Origin: Macrostomum lignano
Lineage: Eukaryota
Length of the DNA stretch: 63,857 nt
Direction: 5' to 3'
NCBI GenBank assembly: GCA_002269645.1
Contig: NIVC01004028.1
Location: 1 to 63,857 of the forward strand
Shown: piece after piece, positions 59,101 to 63,857 of the stretch
Numbering within the stretch: position 1 is the stretch's first letter
Layout of the letters: the number at the start of each line of letters is the position of its first letter
Made by a program: the position numbers and the translations under genes
Notes under the pieces: model-generated
Database searches by the model: none
What the model saw: only the letters and a program-made list of their open reading frames with translations
Told to the model about the DNA's origin: nothing

Positions 59101-60733
59101 ATTGTCGACGACGCGAACGACAACCCGCCGGTGTGGTCCAGGCCGAGCTACACCTTCTCGGTGCTCGAGAACTCCCCTGCCGGTTCTCAGCTTGGCATCG
59201 TGGCCGCCGAGGACGCGGACGCGGTGCCGAACAACTTCGTGCGCTACCGCCTTGAGCCGGACGACTCGCCGGACGCGAGCGTCCATCCGAGCAGCGGCCT
59301 GCTGACCAGCCGGCGACCGTACGATCGAGAGGTTCAGGACAGCCTGACGCTGAAGGTTGTGGCTTTCAACACTGAACCACCAGGTTATTCGGCCACTGTC
59401 GAGGTGACCGTCCAGGTGCTGGACGTGAACGACAACCGGCCGGAAGTGGCGGAGGGGACACCGAGGCAGATCACGATACCGGAAGACACCCAGCCTGGCG
59501 AGACGGTGCTGAGGATCAACGCCACGGATGCAGACGAAGACACGAATTTCCGGCCGGCTCTGAAGTTCTCGGTTGTCAATGACAACCACCGGCGAAGCAG
59601 CAGCGCCAAGTTTCGCGTGGACCCGTGGGGCAACTTGAAGCTGATGTCGGCTCTGGACAGGGAGCAGGAGAGCGTCCACCAGCTCAGGATCATTGTGACA
59701 GATAACGGAACGCCGAGTCTCACTTCGGAGTTCCACCTCACTGTGCTCGTCGGGGACGTCAACGACACGCCGCCGCGGTTCCTCTTTCCCGACAATATGA
59801 ACGACTCTTGCAAGGTGAGCGTGGAACTCAATTTCGTGACTCCTGGGCTCATGCAAGCGTATGCGTATGCATGCAGGTTAGTAAGGGGATTGCAGCCTAG
59901 TGGTTGGAGCGTCTGACTCACGACTTGAAGGTCGGTGGTTCGATTCCCGATACCACTGATCGGAACAATTTGTGTCATTGAGCAAGACACCTAACTCTGC
60001 ATTGCTTCAGTTCTCCCAGCTGTAAAATGGGCGCCAGCATTAGCTGGGGTATCTGATGGTGTGTGTGGCAACCCCAGTCCTTGGACTGGTGTAATCAATT
60101 ATTATTATTAATATTGCAATGGTGACAGTTCTTAGAATGTCCGCCCCACCAACTGCACCACACCGCCGCAGGTGAACATCACCAGCGATTTAACGCCTGG
60201 CAAAGTGGTCAGTAAAATAGTCGCCAAAGATGAGGACGAAGGCCCCAACGGCAACGTCACCTACCGGCTGCTGGGCACCGCAGGAGGGGCGGCCTACTTC
60301 AACCTGGACCCGCTGACCGGCCTTCTGCGCCTCGCCCGCAGCCTGTCGGCTTTGTTCAGCCCCGGCAGCCGCCGGCAGCAGCACATCAGCTTCAAGCTGC
60401 ACCTGGAAGCCTCTGATCAGGGCGAACCAAGACCGCTTCGACGTACCAGCTTCATCAAGGTGTGCGTCTTTGCCGCAGCTGAGCCCGCGGTAGCTGGAGG
60501 CGGCGGCGCGGCCGCGGGAGCCAAGAATCATGCTGCCGACGATCGACAAGCTGAAATTGGCGGCGGCGACAGTGAACGAGACGGTGGCAGCAGCAACAGC
60601 AGCATTGGCTCCGAATTTTCCAGTCTGATTGTCTTACTGGTGGCTTCGCTGGCAATCTTGGTGCTCCTCATTCTCATCCTGACTGTCGTCTTTTTGTTTT
60701 TTAAACGTCGAGGTGAACTGCGATCACAGAGAG
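56189..60733 (+). CDS. Protocadherin with 7 cadherin repeats and a TM segment; exons 56189-57310, 57939-58301, 59092-59814, 60172-60733; later exons not located
   Basis: Signal peptide; EC1 with ERIDRDQLC; six DxND.xP linkers (DLNDHRP, DVNDCRP, DVNDHSP, DANDNPP, DVNDNRP, DVNDTPP); DRE motifs; TM LIVLLVASLAILVLLILILTVVFLFF then KRR; three phase-0 introns and a phase-1 donor at 60734. Confidence 0.93.
57355..57790. repeat. 20-bp array TTGAGGACGTTGGGATCTGT in protocadherin intron 1
   Basis: Tandem units. Confidence 0.93.
58398..58660. repeat. 9-bp array (CAGTCACAT / TAGTCACAT) in protocadherin intron 2
   Basis: Tandem units. Confidence 0.93.
59885..60112 (+). mobile_element. tRNA-derived SINE in protocadherin intron 3
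   Basis: A-box TAGTGGTTGGAGCG, B-box GGTTCGATTCCC, central TGTGTCATTGAGCAAGACAC..CCCAGCTGTAAAATGGG, (TTA)n tail; related to the SINE at 20756. Confidence 0.85.
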
Positions 60734-60789
60734 GTGAGTCTGGAGCAACCGCATCTGCGTGAATCATGTTTGGGAGGTGCCGCAGTTTA

Positions 60790-62035
60790 AGGAGAATTAG
60801 ACAGTTTTATGACACTGAGGGGAATTAGATGGTTTCAGACACTGAGGGGAATTAGACAGTTTTATGACACTGAGGGGAATTATATGGTTTCAGACACTGA
60901 GGAGAATTAGACAGTTTTATGACACTGAAAGGAATAAGACAGTTTTATGACACGGAGGGGAATTAGACAGTTTTATGACACTGAGGGGAATTAGACAGTT
61001 TTATGACACTGAAAGGAATAAGACAGTTTTATGACACGGAGGGGAATTAGACAGTTTTATGACACTGAGGGGAATTAGACAGTTTTATGACACTGAGGGG
61101 TATTATATGGTTTCAGACACTGAGGAGAATTAGACAGTTTTATGACACTGAGGGGAATTAGACAGTTTTATGACACGGAGGGGAATTAGACAGTTTTATG
61201 ACACTGAGGGGAATCATATGGTTTCAGACACTGAGAGGAATTAGACAGTTTTATGACAGAGGGGAATTAGACAGTTTTATGACACTTAGGGGAATTAGAC
61301 AGTTTTATGACACTGAGGGGAATTAGACAGTTTTATGACACTTAGGGGAATTAGACAGTTTTATGACACTTAGGGGAATTAGACAGTTTTATGACACTGA
61401 GGGGAATTGGACAGTTTTATGACACTAAGGGGAATTAGACAGTTTTATGACACTGAGGGGAATTAGACAGTTTTATGACACTGAGGGGAATTAGACAGTT
61501 TTATGACACTGAGGGGAATTAGGCAGTTTTATGACACTGAGGGGAATTAGACAGTTTTATGACCCTGAGGGGAATTACACAGTTTTATGACACTGAGGAG
61601 AATTAGACAGTTCTATGACACTGAGGAGAATTAGACAGTTTTATGACACTGAGGGGAATTAGACAGTTTTATGACACTTAGGGGAATTAGACAGTTTTAT
61701 GACACGGAGGGGAATTACACAGTTTTATGACACTGAGGGGAATTAGACAGTTTTATGACACTGAGGGGAATTAGACAGTTTTATGACACTGAGGGGAATT
61801 AGACAGTTTTATGACACTGAGGGGAATTGGACAGTTTTATGACACTAAGGGGAATTAGACAGTTTTATGACACTGAGGAGAATTAGACAGTTCTATGACA
61901 CTGAGGAGAATTAGACAGTTTTATGACACTGAGGGGAATTAGACAGTTTTATGACACTAAGGGGAATTAGACAGTTTTATGACACTGAGGGGAATTCGAC
62001 AGTTTTATGACACTAAGGGGAATTAGACAGGTTTA
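60790..62035. repeat. 28-bp array GACACTGAGGGGAATTAGACAGTTTTAT in protocadherin intron 4
   Basis: About 44 units, no spacers. Confidence 0.97.
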
Positions 62036-62519
62036 ACAATAACGCAGCAAAACGAATCTCTTTAAGGTTTAGACCGAAGCAGATTATAATGAGTCAGCCG
62101 AGAAATTCTGCAACAAAGAAGCAGTGCTGACTGAAATCCCTTTCGCTGCTAAAAATAAGCCTCCAGTATTAGGCTGGAACGTATGCCATTCAAGCCCTTC
62201 CTGCATCCTGAGACTCACGCCAATCAGAGGCTTGAGTCCCAAATTGCCTATGATATACATTATAGCCGATGGTAAATAGGAAAAAGCTTCTGAAAAAACT
62301 CAATCTACACTTTTTTTCAATTCAATTAGCGGACTAGATTAGCTCGTATTTTAATCGGCTAATTGGCCAATTTTATTGACACACTTGAGTCTCAATAGCT
62401 TCTGCTTTTAGCTCAGCCTCGCAGATTTTTCTCAAACAATTCCAGTTTAGTTCAAGGAGGATATCCTATCGCACCTTTGAGCACCTTTCACAATAGCAAT
62501 CTAACCCGCTCAAGGTTGT

Positions 62520-63857
62520 GTCTCTTCTCAGCCCTCTCCTCTCATGTCTCTCTCTTCTCTCCTCTCCTCTCCTCTCCTCTCCTCTCCTCTCCTCTCCTCT
62601 CCTCTCCTCTCCTCTCCTCTCCTCTCCTCTCCTCTCCTCTCCTTTCCTCACCTCTCCCCTCCCCTCCTCTACTCTCCTCCACTCTCCTCTACTCTTCTCT
62701 TCTCTCCTATTCTCTCCTCTACTCTCCTCTCCTCTCCTCTCCTCTCCTCTCCTCTCCTCTCCTCTACTCTCCTCTCCTCTCCTCTCCTCTACTCTCCTCT
62801 CCTCTCCTCTCCCCTCCTCTCCTCTCCTCTCCCCTCCTCTCCTCTCCTCTCCTCTCCTCTCCTCTCCTCTCCTCTCCTATCCTCTCCTCTCCTCTCCTCT
62901 CCTCTCCTCTCCTCTCCTATCCTCTCCTCTCCTCTCCTCTCCTCTCCTCTCCTCCTCTCCTCTCCTCTCCTCTCCTCTACTCTCCTCTCCTCTCCTCTCC
63001 CGCTCCTCTACTCTCCTCTCCTCTCCTCTCCTCTCCTCTCCTCTCCTCTCCTCTCCTCTTCTCTCTATCTCTCCTCTCCTCTCCTCTCCTCTTCTCTCCT
63101 CTCCTCTCCTCTTCTCTCCACTCCTCTCCTCTCCTCTCCTCTCCTCTCCTCTCCTCTTCTCTCTATTCTCTCCTCTCCTCTCCTCTCCTCTTCTCTCCTC
63201 TCCTCTCCTCTCCTCTTCTTTCTTCTCCTCTCCCCTCCCCTCCTCTACTCTCCTCCACTCTCCTCTACTCTCTTCTACTCTCCTCTCCTCTCCTCTCCTC
63301 TCCTCTCCTCTCCTCTCCTCTCCTCTCCTCTCCTCTCCTCTCCTATCCTCTCCTCTCCTCTCCTCTCCTCTCCTCTCTCTCCTCTCCTCCTCTCCTCTCC
63401 TCTCCTCTCCCTTCCTCTCCTCTCCTCTCCTCTCCTCTCCTCTCCTCTTCTCTCTATTCTCTCCTCTCCTCTCCTCTCCTCTCCTCTCCTCTCCTCTTCT
63501 CTCTATTCTCTCCTCTCCTCTCCTCTCCTCTCCTCTCCTCTCCTCTGCCTCCTCTCCTCTCCTCCTCTCCTCTCCTCTCCTCTCTCTCCTCTCCTCTCCT
63601 CTCCTCTTCTTTCTTCTCCTCTCCCCTCCCCTCCTCTATCTCCTCCACTCTCCTCTACTCTCTCTACTCTCCTCTCCTCTCCTTCCTCTCCTCTCCTCTC
63701 CTCTCCTCTCCTCTCCTCTCCTCTCCTCTCCTATCCTCTCCTCTCCCTCCTCTCCTCTCCTCTCCTCTCCTCTCCTCCTCTCCTCTCCTCTCCTCTCCTC
63801 CCTCCTCTCCTCTCCTCTTCTCTCTATTCCTCCTCTCCTCTCCTCTTCTCTCCTCTC
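62520..63857. repeat. (CTCTC)n microsatellite running off the end of the window
   Basis: Direct reading. Confidence 0.98.

Overview
This is eukaryotic, intron-containing animal DNA, not prokaryotic, and it has no CRISPR array. GC-rich exons, AT-rich intergenic DNA and introns packed with private minisatellites suggest a free-living flatworm such as Macrostomum (inference). Genes from left to right: (1) a minus-strand, frameshift-broken gene of about 850 aa whose N-terminal half aligns by eye with IFIT-family TPR RNA sensors and whose C-terminus carries a HEPN-like motif set; (2) two tandem-duplicated intronless secreted PAN/Apple + C-type-lectin-like genes; (3) between them, a full-length 5.9 kb LOA/Lian-type non-LTR retrotransposon with a perfect 12-bp TSD and an HDV-like ribozyme whose predicted cleavage site is the element's first base; (4) a decayed Ty3/gypsy gag fragment; (5) a CUB-CUB-(SEA-like)-TM receptor gene; (6) an F-box/LRR gene; (7) SNX3/12; (8) LSM1; (9) a 7-repeat protocadherin whose 3' end was not located. 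There are also tRNA-derived SINEs, MITE-like elements and about 20 distinct tandem arrays. The best candidates for new biology are the IFIT-like/HEPN-like fusion and the retroelement ribozyme. Most frameshifts are repaired by adding one base to a homopolymer run, so they may be long-read consensus errors. All family assignments come from recalled motifs, not database searches.
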